Origin: an uncultured delta proteobacterium
Lineage (GTDB): Bacteria > Myxococcota_A > Polyangia > Polyangiales > Polyangiaceae
Direction of reading: 5' to 3'
Assembly: GCA_963696385.1 (NCBI GenBank)
Contig: CAVOKF010000005.1
Location: forward strand, 288,001 to 352,000
DNA: 64,000 bases
A program made the translations under genes and the position numbers. Positions within the stretch are counted from its first letter, which is position 1. Every line of letters starts with the position of its first letter. This document shows, piece after piece, positions 1 through 9,534 of this stretch. The notes beneath the pieces were generated by a model. The model did not search any database and was not told the DNA's origin. It saw nothing but the letters and a program-made list of their open reading frames with translations.

Positions 1-214
1 CCTGCTGGCGCACGCGTGAGTCTCCGGGCGATCGGCCGAGAACCAGGGTGCGACCGGTCCGAGCTCGCCTGGCGCCGGCAACGAGTGCGAGAAGGAGGGT
101 GCCGCCATCTTCGACCCGTCCAATGACGGAGTGAATGCCCGGTCCCCACGCGAGCGTCGCGTTCGCAAGGGCGAGCGACCCGTGACGCGCGCTCACGTTC
201 TCGAGCGCGATCAT
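1..214 (-). CDS. ABC-transporter ATP-binding-like protein, N-terminal part (runs off window edge), degenerate Walker A
   Basis: Manual translation MIALENVSARHGSLALANATLAWGPGIHSVIGRVEDGGTLLLALVAGARRARTGRTLVLG resembles an ABC NBD N-terminus. The ATG overlaps the upstream permease TGA (ATGA at 211-214). Confidence 0.65.
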   Translation of the reverse strand, partial: MIALENVSARHGSLALANATLAWGPGIHSVIGRVEDGGTLLLALVAGARRARTGRTLVLGRSPGDSRVRQQ

Positions 215-978
215 GCCCCGATCCCCGCCTCGCCGCGGGGTATCCTGGCGCGCACGACGGCGAGGGACCCGGCGACGATCGCCGCCAAGCCCACGATCGC
301 CCGAGCCGTGTGGGCCGTTCCGGTTATGGGGTGGGTGATGCCTGCGCGCACCGCCTCGAGAGCCGTCGGAATCGATGTGACTTCCTGCCATCCGGCGGGC
401 AAGATCCTCGACGTCCATGGCGAGACCAGCTCCGGGAGTACGAGGACCGCCAGCAGGGTCATATACCCGGCGAATCGCGATTTCGCGCCGAGTGCTGCCA
501 TGGCGACCGGCCCGAGGGTGACCGAGAACGCAAGCGCGTATACGGTCCCGGCGGCAGTGGCCGCCAGCGCCGGCTCCACGGGCCTCGAAACGGCAATGGC
601 CGAGAGGCCGCAGACGAACGTGGTACCCGCCACCGCGAGGGCCAGCAATGCAACGAGTCCGCCGACGCGACCCCAGACGTACGCGCTCAGTGAGACGCCG
701 CGCAGACGCACGAGCGAAATGACTCCGTCGTCCGAGTCCCTCGGGATCGCCCGCAGTCCGCCTCCGAACGCGAGCATCACCCCGGCGCTCCATGCGATGG
801 TCGAACCCGCCGCCACCGGCAGGTGAGCCGCGGCGGCGCTCCTCGTTGAAAAGGCGATGGCGCACGCGACGAGTCCGCACACGACAGCCAATCCGAATGC
901 GGTCACGACCAAACCTTCGCGCAAAGCCAGCCCGACACCCAAGGCTATCAGTCGCGGCCGCCCCGTGGACGCTCGCAT
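211..978 (-). CDS. ABC-2-type permease-like membrane protein
   Basis: About 6 hydrophobic segments and an ABC-2-like stretch 'DDGVISLVRLRGVSLSAYVWGRV'. Translationally coupled to the downstream ATPase-like gene. Start chosen at ATG 978. Confidence 0.65.
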   Translation of the reverse strand: MRASTGRPRLIALGVGLALREGLVVTAFGLAVVCGLVACAIAFSTRSAAAAHLPVAAGSTIAWSAGVMLAFGGGLRAIPRDSDDGVISLVRLRGVSLSAYVWGRVGGLVALLALAVAGTTFVCGLSAIAVSRPVEPALAATAAGTVYALAFSVTLGPVAMAALGAKSRFAGYMTLLAVLVLPELVSPWTSRILPAGWQEVTSIPTALEAVRAGITHPITGTAHTARAIVGLAAIVAGSLAVVRARIPRGEAGIGA

Positions 979-1057
979 GGTCTCCACGAGACCACACCGC
1001 GGGCGGATTCGCCAGCCGCCGCAGACTCCGCGGACGTGCAACAATCGTCGACGTCCG

Positions 1058-3364
1058 ATGACCGCAGGCGCGACCCATGCACCATTCGCGACGTGGGGCC
1101 GTCGTTTTCCCCTGCTCGCGTTCCTCGCGCTCGCAAGCGTCTCGTCGATGGCAGTCGAGCGCGGGCGGCAGCCGCGCGCGGGATGCGCGGCGCTCGTCGC
1201 GATGGCAATAGCCTTTGCGGCCTCCCGGCGACGGAATACCATCGCGCGCCTTGCTGGCTGGGGTTTGGCGCTCGTCGTGGCGTCCCTCGGCGTTGCGGAC
1301 GGCACCAGCCGAGCCCTGGACGCTGCGAGCGCACTGGGCGAGCTCTCGTGCGTCGTCGCAGCCTGTCTAGCGATCGCTCACGTCCCGCCGAGCGAGGGCC
1401 TTGTGAAGGCTGCACCGCATTCATCGGGTACCGCCATCGGCATCGTGATTGGCGCTTGGTGGCTGGCACTGACCGCCGCGGTAGCGCCCGAGCAGCGGTC
1501 GGTTGCTTGGATGACTCGGTATCCCGCGGCATGGGAATCCGCCGCGATTGGCGTGAGTGCGTTGGTCATCGTCGTCGCGTGCGAGCGATTGCGAATCCGT
1601 CGTCGCCTCGAGCTTGGGGTCGCGGAACGAGTTCGGGCGATCCGAACGTGGCTTGCTACGGTCTCTCTGGCCTCGGTGCTCATCGGCGCTCTTGCGTCCG
1701 AAGACGTGGGCGACATCGCTCGGCTTGGACTTTCCGTTGGGGCAACTTGCGTCACTTGGGCGGGCCTGCACTCGGATGCTGCCGCCGTGGCTCGCGCGGC
1801 TCGCCGCGTCGGGGTCCTCGCCTTCACTGGCGGGACTGTCGCGCTCCTCGGTAGTTCCGCCGTGGCGGGTCGCGCGGGCGATCCATGGCTTCTGACGTTT
1901 TCGACCGCCGTCGCGGGGCTCGCGATTGGATCGGCTGCCTCGCGCATCGAATCATCGCTACGTCCGGCAGGCGGGGGGTGGCTGGATGCGTTTGAACGCG
2001 CTTCGGAGGCGGCCCTGCACGCCGATCCGTGCGAGGCGGTCCGTGGCGTTCTCTTCGCTTTGCGATCTCCGCTGGGCGTGGCAAGCCCGTCGCCCGAGCT
2101 CTGGACGTTATGTCCCTCCCGCGTGATGACGGTTGACGCGGCGGGGTACGCCCACGAACGCGAGGAACAGCCGCCGAGCGAACTCGCGCCGGTGGCAGCG
2201 GAGGAGCCATTCGGAACGTTGCGGGTCGAGCTCCTCGACGCGCTTGAGGTGAGGCGGCCGGAGATCCGATCCATCGCGTCCTGGATGGCCGAGCGTGGCG
2301 CTCTGCTCGCCACGGTTGTCGGGTGCGACGGTGAAACGGAGGCGGTCCTTGTCTTGCCTCGGGGCCACCGAGGCGTCCCGTCGACGCTAGAGGAGATCCG
2401 GGGCGTCAGGCGGGTCGCCGACCGACTGGCCGTCGCTTGCCGAGCGCGAGGAACGGAGCTGCGCTTGCTCGATCGCGTCCAGCACGCAATGGCGCGCGCC
2501 GACGCGGCGGTTGAGGGAATGGCACGGTTGCAGCACCAGCGGGCGCGCGACATCGAGCGGCATGCTCTCGATGCGGCTCGGCTGGCGCAGCCCGCCACGG
2601 TAGGGGTCTACGGCTCATCCTCGCGCATGGCGCTCGAGGCACTCGAGCGACGAACGGTCATCGGAGCCCCCGTTGCCGTAGTGTCGCCCAGTGGTGTGGA
2701 TCCGGCGCCTTATCTCGCACGGGCGCACCTGTCCGGATCGCGCGGGCGGGGACCTCTGGTTCTGATCGACGCGACGATCGCGCGCGAGCACGACGTTGCC
2801 CGTTGGATCGATCCGAATCGGTCCCCTCTTGCCATCGCCGAAGGGGGCTTGCTCGTGCTGCTCGATGCGAATGCGCTGCCGGCCGACGTGCAACGGCTCA
2901 TTGCACGGGCCTGCCTCGAGGCTCGCGCTCCGTGGGATCGCGCGGAGCCCCTCGACGTGCAGATTGCGATCACCGGCATCTCGTCGCCGGACGAACTCGT
3001 GACCACCGGAAGGCTCGATTCCGCTCTTGCGGCACGTCTCGGGGAGGCGCGCGCGGCGCCCGTCGTGCTGCCGCGTTTGCGAGACCGACCGGACGATTTT
3101 CGCGCGATCCTTACCGACCGGTTGGCGCGCGAAGGTCTTCGCGTTCGTGGTCATCCCGTCGGCATCGAGAACGCAGCGTACCTGCGCCTCGCGGAATATC
3201 CGTTTCCCGGCGACGATGCCGAGCTGTCGGCGGTCGTCATTCGGATGGTGGCGCGATGCGAGGGCGACAGGGTCCGTGTTGCCGATCTCGATCGGCCCCA
3301 TTTTCTTGCGATCTCGGACGACCTTTGCGAGTCGAAGCATCGAAAAGATCCGCTGTCGGCGTGA
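1058..3364 (+). CDS. Multi-pass membrane protein with C-terminal degenerate sigma54-activator (bEBP) AAA+ domain
   Basis: Hydrophobic N-terminal half. C-terminus has bEBP-like AEGGLLVLLD, LPADVQ, LPRLRDRPDD and YPFPGDDAEL, but no intact Walker A, GAFTGA or HTH. Start uncertain. Confidence 0.7.
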   Translation: MTAGATHAPFATWGRRFPLLAFLALASVSSMAVERGRQPRAGCAALVAMAIAFAASRRRNTIARLAGWGLALVVASLGVADGTSRALDAASALGELSCVVAACLAIAHVPPSEGLVKAAPHSSGTAIGIVIGAWWLALTAAVAPEQRSVAWMTRYPAAWESAAIGVSALVIVVACERLRIRRRLELGVAERVRAIRTWLATVSLASVLIGALASEDVGDIARLGLSVGATCVTWAGLHSDAAAVARAARRVGVLAFTGGTVALLGSSAVAGRAGDPWLLTFSTAVAGLAIGSAASRIESSLRPAGGGWLDAFERASEAALHADPCEAVRGVLFALRSPLGVASPSPELWTLCPSRVMTVDAAGYAHEREEQPPSELAPVAAEEPFGTLRVELLDALEVRRPEIRSIASWMAERGALLATVVGCDGETEAVLVLPRGHRGVPSTLEEIRGVRRVADRLAVACRARGTELRLLDRVQHAMARADAAVEGMARLQHQRARDIERHALDAARLAQPATVGVYGSSSRMALEALERRTVIGAPVAVVSPSGVDPAPYLARAHLSGSRGRGPLVLIDATIAREHDVARWIDPNRSPLAIAEGGLLVLLDANALPADVQRLIARACLEARAPWDRAEPLDVQIAITGISSPDELVTTGRLDSALAARLGEARAAPVVLPRLRDRPDDFRAILTDRLAREGLRVRGHPVGIENAAYLRLAEYPFPGDDAELSAVVIRMVARCEGDRVRVADLDRPHFLAISDDLCESKHRKDPLSA

Positions 3365-3556
3365 CGTGAGTCCTCGAAGCTTCCGGTCGCGTCCCACGGG
3401 ATCTCCGGGCTCGACGCAAACGCGCGCTTGTCTCGTGGCTTTCGAGCGTGTTACTCGTCCGGGCGTCATCACGATTGGCTCATGCCAGTCCTGAGGCCGA
3501 GTGACGGCAGGGCTCGACGCAACCGCGCCGATTCCAGCGGAGGAGACGACGTCATC

Positions 3557-4279
3557 ATGGACACGCTGCAGGGATTCGCGACGAACGCGCTGCGCGCGAC
3601 CGGGAGGCTTGCCTTCGTGGCGGCTGTGCTGGCCTGCGGCGGTTGTGAGGGTGACGACAACCCTTACAAGCCCCAGCCGGCGTGGTCCGGAAAGGCCGCC
3701 AGTTTGCCTTCTCCGCCATCGCCGCCGAGCACCCCCATCAAACAAGGGGATGCGTACACGGTGTACGGTGCGATTCATCAGCTGCGAAGCTTGATCCACA
3801 ACAAGGACGTCACCGCACAACCCATTTCGATCACGGGCTACGTCGTCGATTCGAACATTCCCCGTGCTCCCGACTGCGCCGTTCACAAAACCGGCAAGAA
3901 GGACCCGGACAATTGCAATCCCGAAGTGCCGAGCTTCTGGGTCGCGGATGATCAGGGAAACAACAAGGGACCGAAGATCCGTGTCGTGGGCTGGGCGCGC
4001 AATTTCGCCGTCGTTTACGACGCGATGGTCGCTTACAAGAAGGTCAAGCCGGGAGACCAGCCCAAGGAGCCTATCACCGACGACATGCTGAACGTCACCG
4101 TGCCGTTTCCTCTCCCGGCCGTCGGCGCAAAGGTCAAGATCACGGGGGCTTACAACATTGCCAAAACCGTCGTTTCCGACATGGTGAGCGAGCCAATGGG
4201 CGGCGTCATGGTCCTCCAGAAGATGGACGTCATCGATCCGGCTCCCGAGCCAGCGAAGTTCGCCAAGCCGATCCCGTAA
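3557..4279 (+). CDS. Hypothetical lipoprotein
   Basis: GGAGGAG RBS upstream, signal peptide ending LACGGC, Pro-rich linker, strong GC3 codon bias. Confidence 0.75.
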   Translation: MDTLQGFATNALRATGRLAFVAAVLACGGCEGDDNPYKPQPAWSGKAASLPSPPSPPSTPIKQGDAYTVYGAIHQLRSLIHNKDVTAQPISITGYVVDSNIPRAPDCAVHKTGKKDPDNCNPEVPSFWVADDQGNNKGPKIRVVGWARNFAVVYDAMVAYKKVKPGDQPKEPITDDMLNVTVPFPLPAVGAKVKITGAYNIAKTVVSDMVSEPMGGVMVLQKMDVIDPAPEPAKFAKPIP

Positions 4280-4319
4280 GGGCTCCTCCCGCCCGGATTT
4301 CCGCGACGACACGGGACGC

Positions 4320-4347
4320 TTGCACGGACGGCTCGCTTCGTTATGTT
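4320..4347 (+). promoter_or_regulatory. Putative sigma70-type promoter for the RRM gene
   Basis: TTGCAC-N16-TATGTT about 200 bp upstream of the ATG. Confidence 0.4.
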
Positions 4348-4554
4348 AGATGTGCTCACGGACGTTTCCCCGGCAAAGACTGCTCTCTCGACTCATGGGA
4401 TCGCGGCTCGCGCTCGACGGCAACGCAACGTGTGGACGCGGCGGACGATCCCGCCGCGGCTTGGCTCCTGGTTCGCGGCCGATCGGAAGACAGGTTTGAG
4501 TGGGCGCTCGGAGAGGGCGCGTGTTCGAGGTCGTCACGAGAAGAGAGAGACACT

Positions 4555-4926
4555 ATGGGAACGCGTTTGTATGTCGGAAATCTGTCGTTTTCGTCCACGA
4601 ATGAGACGGTGCGTGAAGCATTTGCCCGTATCGGGGAAGTCACGGACGTTCACATCGTGACCGACCGTACCTCGGGCCAATCGCGCGGCTTCGGCTTCGT
4701 GACCATGGGCACTCCGGCCGAGGCGCAGAAGGCCATTGAAGCGATGAACGGTGCGACCCTAGATGGCCGTCCGCTTCGCGTAAACGAGGCCGAGGAACGT
4801 CCGCAGCGCGGGGGCTTCGGCGGGGGTGGGGGCGGCGGACACGGCGGTGGCGGCGGTGGGGGCGGCGATCGCCGACGAGGCGGTGGCAGTGCCGGCGGTG
4901 GCGGCGACCGGCGCAATCGCTGGTAA
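4555..4926 (+). CDS. RRM-domain RNA-binding protein with Gly/Arg-rich tail
   Basis: RNP2 LYVGNL, RNP1 RGFGFVTM, C-terminal poly-Gly. Confidence 0.95.
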   Translation: MGTRLYVGNLSFSSTNETVREAFARIGEVTDVHIVTDRTSGQSRGFGFVTMGTPAEAQKAIEAMNGATLDGRPLRVNEAEERPQRGGFGGGGGGGHGGGGGGGGDRRRGGGSAGGGGDRRNRW

Positions 4927-5065
4927 CCATTCCAAGATCCCGCACGCGTTTTGCGGCACGGTCGTTCGCCTCAGCGCGGACTCATGATGCGACCGAAGCG
5001 CGCTGAGCCGGACATCCTCCACGCTATGGATGACGGCGAGCGTGTTTCAGGCTAGTCGTGCGCCC

Positions 5066-5959
5066 ATGCGTCTCGCGATGATTGGTCTGGGCAAGATGGG
5101 CTACAACATGACGCTGCGCTTGCTGGGCGGTGGCCACGAGGTTGTTGCCACGGACCGTAACGCGGACCTGGCCCGCGAGCTTGCTGGCAAAGGGGCGGTC
5201 TTCGCAGAATCGATCGCAGACGCGATCGCCAAGCTGCCGGCTCCGCGCGTTGCCTGGGTCATGGTGCCCGCCCAGGTTACCGACGCCGTCATCGAGGAGC
5301 TCGCGGGCCGCTTGGCCGAGGGCGATACCGTAATTGACGGAGGTAACTCCAACTGGAAAGACTCGCGGGTTCGCGCGGGGCTGCTGGCAAAAAAAGGCGT
5401 CCGCTTCTGCGACGCGGGCACGAGCGGGGGCGTCTGGGGGCTCGCCAATGGATACTGTCTGATGGTGGGTGGCGAGGCGGACGCGGTGGCATCGTGCGAG
5501 CCAATCTTCAAGACGTTGGCGCCGGCAGGGGGCTATGCGCATATGGGGCCAGCTGGCGCCGGCCACTACGTGAAGATGGTCCACAACGGCATCGAATACG
5601 GCCTCATGCAGGCGTATGCTGAAGGGTTCGAGATCTTGAAGACCTCCCCTTTCGATCTCGACTTGCATGGTATTGCCAGCATTTGGGGTCGCGGTTCCGT
5701 CGTTCGCTCGTGGCTGCTGGAGCTGCTCGAGACGGCGCTCGAGCACGATAAGGAATTGAAGGCGATCCGCGGCTGGGTCGAAGACTCCGGTGAAGGTCGT
5801 TGGACGGTGCAGGCCTCGATCGACCAGAACGTTCCCGCCCCAATCATCACGCTGAGCCTGCAGACACGCTTCCGGTCGCGCCAAGACGAGTCGTACGGTG
5901 CGAAGATCCTCGCCGCGCTACGTAATCAATTCGGCGGCCACGCTGTGAAGAAGGCCTGA
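5066..5959 (+). CDS. gnd: 6-phosphogluconate dehydrogenase (decarboxylating), short type
   Basis: GLGKMG Rossmann motif, DGGNS, DAGTSGGVWG, KMVHNGIEYG, DSGEGRWT, RNQFGGH. Confidence 0.95.
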   Translation: MRLAMIGLGKMGYNMTLRLLGGGHEVVATDRNADLARELAGKGAVFAESIADAIAKLPAPRVAWVMVPAQVTDAVIEELAGRLAEGDTVIDGGNSNWKDSRVRAGLLAKKGVRFCDAGTSGGVWGLANGYCLMVGGEADAVASCEPIFKTLAPAGGYAHMGPAGAGHYVKMVHNGIEYGLMQAYAEGFEILKTSPFDLDLHGIASIWGRGSVVRSWLLELLETALEHDKELKAIRGWVEDSGEGRWTVQASIDQNVPAPIITLSLQTRFRSRQDESYGAKILAALRNQFGGHAVKKA

Positions 5960-6265
5960 GGCCATCGATGATGCCATCGGGCACGCGTGGCCCCCGGAGC
6001 GGGCTCATGGCCCCGTTGCACACGTTCGAGGCTCGAAAGGCCCGAACAGCGCGCCCCCGCGTGGTGGCGGCCGTCTTGTGCCACCGCGCACTCGGCGACC
6101 GCTTCATTTGCATTTTCGTAGACAATCGTCTGTTGCAACTGGGGGAGGCGGGAACAAGTTGTCTCACGTTCCAAAAAAAAGCCGTACGAGGTGACCGGGA
6201 GGCAAGGACCAGTCCGTTTGCAACGGCACAGCTTTGTGCTACTGTGAAAAGCGGGAGGGCCTTGC

Positions 6266-6916
6266 ATGAAAGTTCTTGGCGATCGGCCTGGGTCACTACG
6301 CCATTTGTTCGTGTGCACTGCAGTGTCCGCGACGCTCGCGGGCACCCTCGCCTCTGGAATTGTGCGAGCCGACAGTGTGTCTGCACAGCCATCCCTACCG
6401 CCGCCGCCTGCTTCGCCAGCTCCTCCGGCGGCCGTTGCGCCGCCTCCGCCACGCGAATACGCCTATCCGCCGGTGTACTACGCGGCGCCGCCCCGCCCCC
6501 CCCTCGTCATTTCCGATTGGCCAGAAGACGAGCCAGCTCCCCCGGGTTATCACCGGTCCATGCGGATGCGCAGGGGACCGATCATCGCAGGGTCGATTCT
6601 CTTCGGGATCACCTACACAACGACGGTGCTCAGCGCAGCGGCATTGCGGGACGCCGGCAATTCCACCTATGGCTGGCTCTACCTTCCCGCGATTGGCCCG
6701 CTCATCGACCTGACCAATTCGGGGAGCGCCACCGCGTCCACTTTTCTCGTTCTCGATGGTCTGGCTCAATCGGCCGGTCTGGCGCTCCTCATTTGGGGTC
6801 TGACTTCGCCGAGCCCTGTGATCGTAAGAAATCAGATCGATGCGCCCCGCGTCATGCCGGCGCCCATTCTGTTCGCTCACGGGGGGTCGGGTTTCGGTCT
6901 CGTCGGTATGTTCTGA
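6266..6916 (+). CDS. Hypothetical exported Pro-rich myxobacterial protein
   Basis: GGGAGG RBS, signal-like N-terminus, Pro-rich segment, hydrophobic C-terminus ending GLVGMF. Confidence 0.7.
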   Translation: MKVLGDRPGSLRHLFVCTAVSATLAGTLASGIVRADSVSAQPSLPPPPASPAPPAAVAPPPPREYAYPPVYYAAPPRPPLVISDWPEDEPAPPGYHRSMRMRRGPIIAGSILFGITYTTTVLSAAALRDAGNSTYGWLYLPAIGPLIDLTNSGSATASTFLVLDGLAQSAGLALLIWGLTSPSPVIVRNQIDAPRVMPAPILFAHGGSGFGLVGMF

Positions 6917-7026
6917 GCGATTCGCCCCTCGGCTAGGCCGGCTCTGTGTCCTTCCGTCAGTAGGGATGGATCCCGACCTTTGGCTTTGCGAAGACGGAGG
7001 TGTGGTGACGGCGCTAGGGTGTCCGT

Positions 7027-8906
7027 GTGCGTTTCGCCCGAGCCCGTCGCCTGGTTGCGCTGGCGGCTTTGCTCGTTGCGTGCGCCGTTGCACCTACTTT
7101 GGCGTGTGCCCGTGTACAGGCGCGTAGCCGACCCGACGAAGTCGATAGTCGGGCCCGCGAGCGCGTGTCAAGCAACGTCGAGCGTCGGGACTACGCGGGT
7201 TCGGCTGCGTGTGCGCGATGCCATGCCGCGATCGCGGCTGCGTGGGCACGATCGCCGATGCACCGGATGACGCGCGAAGCGAACGGCATCGAGGTCCGTG
7301 CACCGTTCGACGGCACGCGGTGGCGCTTCAAAGAGGACTCGGTCGTTCTGGATTGCCGCGGCGACGACCGGTTCTGCCACGTCGAGACCTCGCGTGGCGC
7401 TCGCAACGACTACCGTGTCACGATGGTTCTCGGGGGGCGCACGCGCGAAGATTTCGTCGGCGTCGACGTAGCGACGGGGGGCGACGAACTCGTGCTGCCC
7501 GTCTCGTACGTCTTCAAGACGGGCGCGCTTCGCTACAAAGGGTACTCGGTCATGGTGCACGAGCGCACCGGCTTGCGCGCCGGGCCGCGCTGGAAAATGC
7601 TTGCGTGTTTTGCCACAACACAGTCCCCCAAGTCGATCGCCTGCTGGGCGCACTCTGCGGACCGAAACCAAGTCCGTACCAGGGTGAACAAGTCGACCGC
7701 TGGCTCCCAATCGAGCGGCGCCAGACAACCAGCGTTGTCGAAAATGGCTCCTTCGCGCAGTCAGTGGCCGCGGAAACCGCCCATCTCGGGCACCGTTTGC
7801 GGGTTGAGTCAGGACCCCCCGACACGCTCGCGTGCCAGGCGATTGCAATTGTCCGGTCGCGTTTCGACCGGTCGTCGCTCGTGGAGGTGGGGATCGGTTG
7901 CGAGGCGTGCCATGGGGGTGCCCGCGAGCACGCGCTCGATCCCGGTGTGCGTCCGGCGCTGTCGCCTGTGGCGCCTTGGCTACGTGTCGACTTGCCGAAT
8001 CCGAGCACGGCCGCAGCGATCAATCGCGTCTGTGCGGGCTGTCATCAAGTCCTGTTCTCCCGCTATCCGTTTACGTGGGAGGGTGGCCGGCGCGATGCGG
8101 GTGCGGGCGGCAGCCACATCAACTCGGGCGAAGGCCGCGATTTTTTGCTCGGTGGGTGCACGAGTGCAATGGCGTGCACCGCTTGCCACGATCCACACGG
8201 ATCCGATGATGCCGTCGCTCTCGACGCTCTGGCGACCCCTGCCGGCAATGCGACCTGCACCCGTTGCCACGCCGATCTCGCCGACCGCGATCGCTTGCGC
8301 ACCCACTCTCATCACGACCCGGCGGGGGCAGGCGGGTCGTGTGTCGCCTGCCACATGCCGCGCAAGAACATGGGGCTCGACGGATCGCTCACACGCTACC
8401 ATCGGATCGGCTCACCCACTGACCCAGCCCGAGTCCTCGGAGATCGCCCGATCGAGTGTGCTCTGTGCCACGGTGATCGCAGCGTGGGGAGATTGGTGGA
8501 CGCGATGGAAACTTGGTGGCCGGTCCGATACCCCCGGCCGCAACTTGAGGAGCTTTATGGATCGTTGGATGCAAACGTGATCCGAGCGACGCTTGAGCGC
8601 GGAAAGCCTCACGAAAGGGCTGTTGCGATCGCCGCCCTCGGCGAGGCGCGCGCCCGTGACGCAGCTTCGCTGGTGGCGCGCGAGCTCCTCGACGAGTATC
8701 CGCTGGTTCGCGAATGGGCCAAGCGCGCGCTCACATCGATCCTGGGGCGTTGCGATGTGGACCTGGCGGCCGACGACGATACGATCTGGCGCCAGGCCGT
8801 GTCCTCTTGCGGCGGCTCGCTCGAAGCCGCTCCGGCGAAGGGACCTACCGGGCGGGGGCGGGGATCCGACGGGTCCGGGTCCTTGGACGAGGATCCGGAG
8901 GACTGA
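7027..8906 (+). CDS. Multiheme (8 CxxCH) c-type cytochrome with C-terminal HEAT-like repeat; frameshifted at 7594-7597
   Basis: ORF 7027 gives signal peptide and CARCH; ORF 7209 frame gives CVFCH, CEACH, CAGCH, CTACH, CTRCH, CVACH, CALCH. One extra A in TGGAAAATGC joins them as W-K-N-A-C-V-F-C-H. Confidence 0.85.
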
Positions 8907-8909
8907 ACG

Positions 8910-9389
8910 ATGCAGAACGACGGCATTCGCATCGTCGACTGGTACCGCGCCGACCCGTGGCCTCGCATGCGGCGTACGCTGCTGACCGGGCCGGCCGGAC
9001 TGACGCTCGGTGCTTTGGCGGTCGCAGTGTCGTTCTTGACGTCGTCGTCGCAGGAGCTGCGAGCCTATGCGGCGGGGAGCGGACTCGCCCTCGTCGCGGG
9101 CGCTGCGATCTTCACCGTCGCTTCGATGCACGGCATCCTGCGCGACGAGGCATATCTTGCGATCCGAACGGACGGCGTGATCCTGCAGTACGCCTCGCAG
9201 CAGACTTTCGTCGGGTGGGACGCGCTCGCTCGCGCGCGCTGGGACGCGATGCGCAATGAGCTGGTGCTCGATCGAGCCTTCGGGGGCCCGCTCGTCATCG
9301 GGCGGGCGTTTGCGCGCATTAGCGGACCCGCGCTGGCGGATCGAATCGAGCACGCGCGGCGCAAGGCGGCCATGGGTCTGCTGCGGTGA
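8910..9389 (+). CDS. Hypothetical membrane protein (2 TM)
   Basis: Starts 3 nt after the cytochrome stop; two hydrophobic helices. Confidence 0.65.
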   Translation: MQNDGIRIVDWYRADPWPRMRRTLLTGPAGLTLGALAVAVSFLTSSSQELRAYAAGSGLALVAGAAIFTVASMHGILRDEAYLAIRTDGVILQYASQQTFVGWDALARARWDAMRNELVLDRAFGGPLVIGRAFARISGPALADRIEHARRKAAMGLLR

Positions 9390-9534
9390 AGGGCAGTCCT
9401 TCGCCGCCGCACGTAGCACGGTTGCCGACGCGGTTTTTGCGTGCACGGCCAATGGTCCGGGGCCCCGGCCCGGTCTTGGCCGCCCCGCACGTCCAGGGCC
9501 AGCCGCACCGCTCCGTGCTAAAACGCGCCCGGCC

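Noticed and set aside
2615..4312. Long antisense/alternate-frame ORFs (e.g. 2615-4312, and the N-terminal extensions of 49679-51853 and 56330-58999)
   Set aside because: Shadow ORFs of real genes in high-GC DNA, Arg/Ala/Pro-rich with no motifs. Only the C-terminal parts of the latter two are real genes.
4811..4905. GGC/GGT-rich repeat
   Set aside because: It encodes the ordinary Gly-rich tail of the RRM protein.
4954..4970. GGCACGGTCGTTCGCC as a sigma54 promoter for gnd
   Set aside because: GG-to-GC spacing is 11 rather than the required 10.
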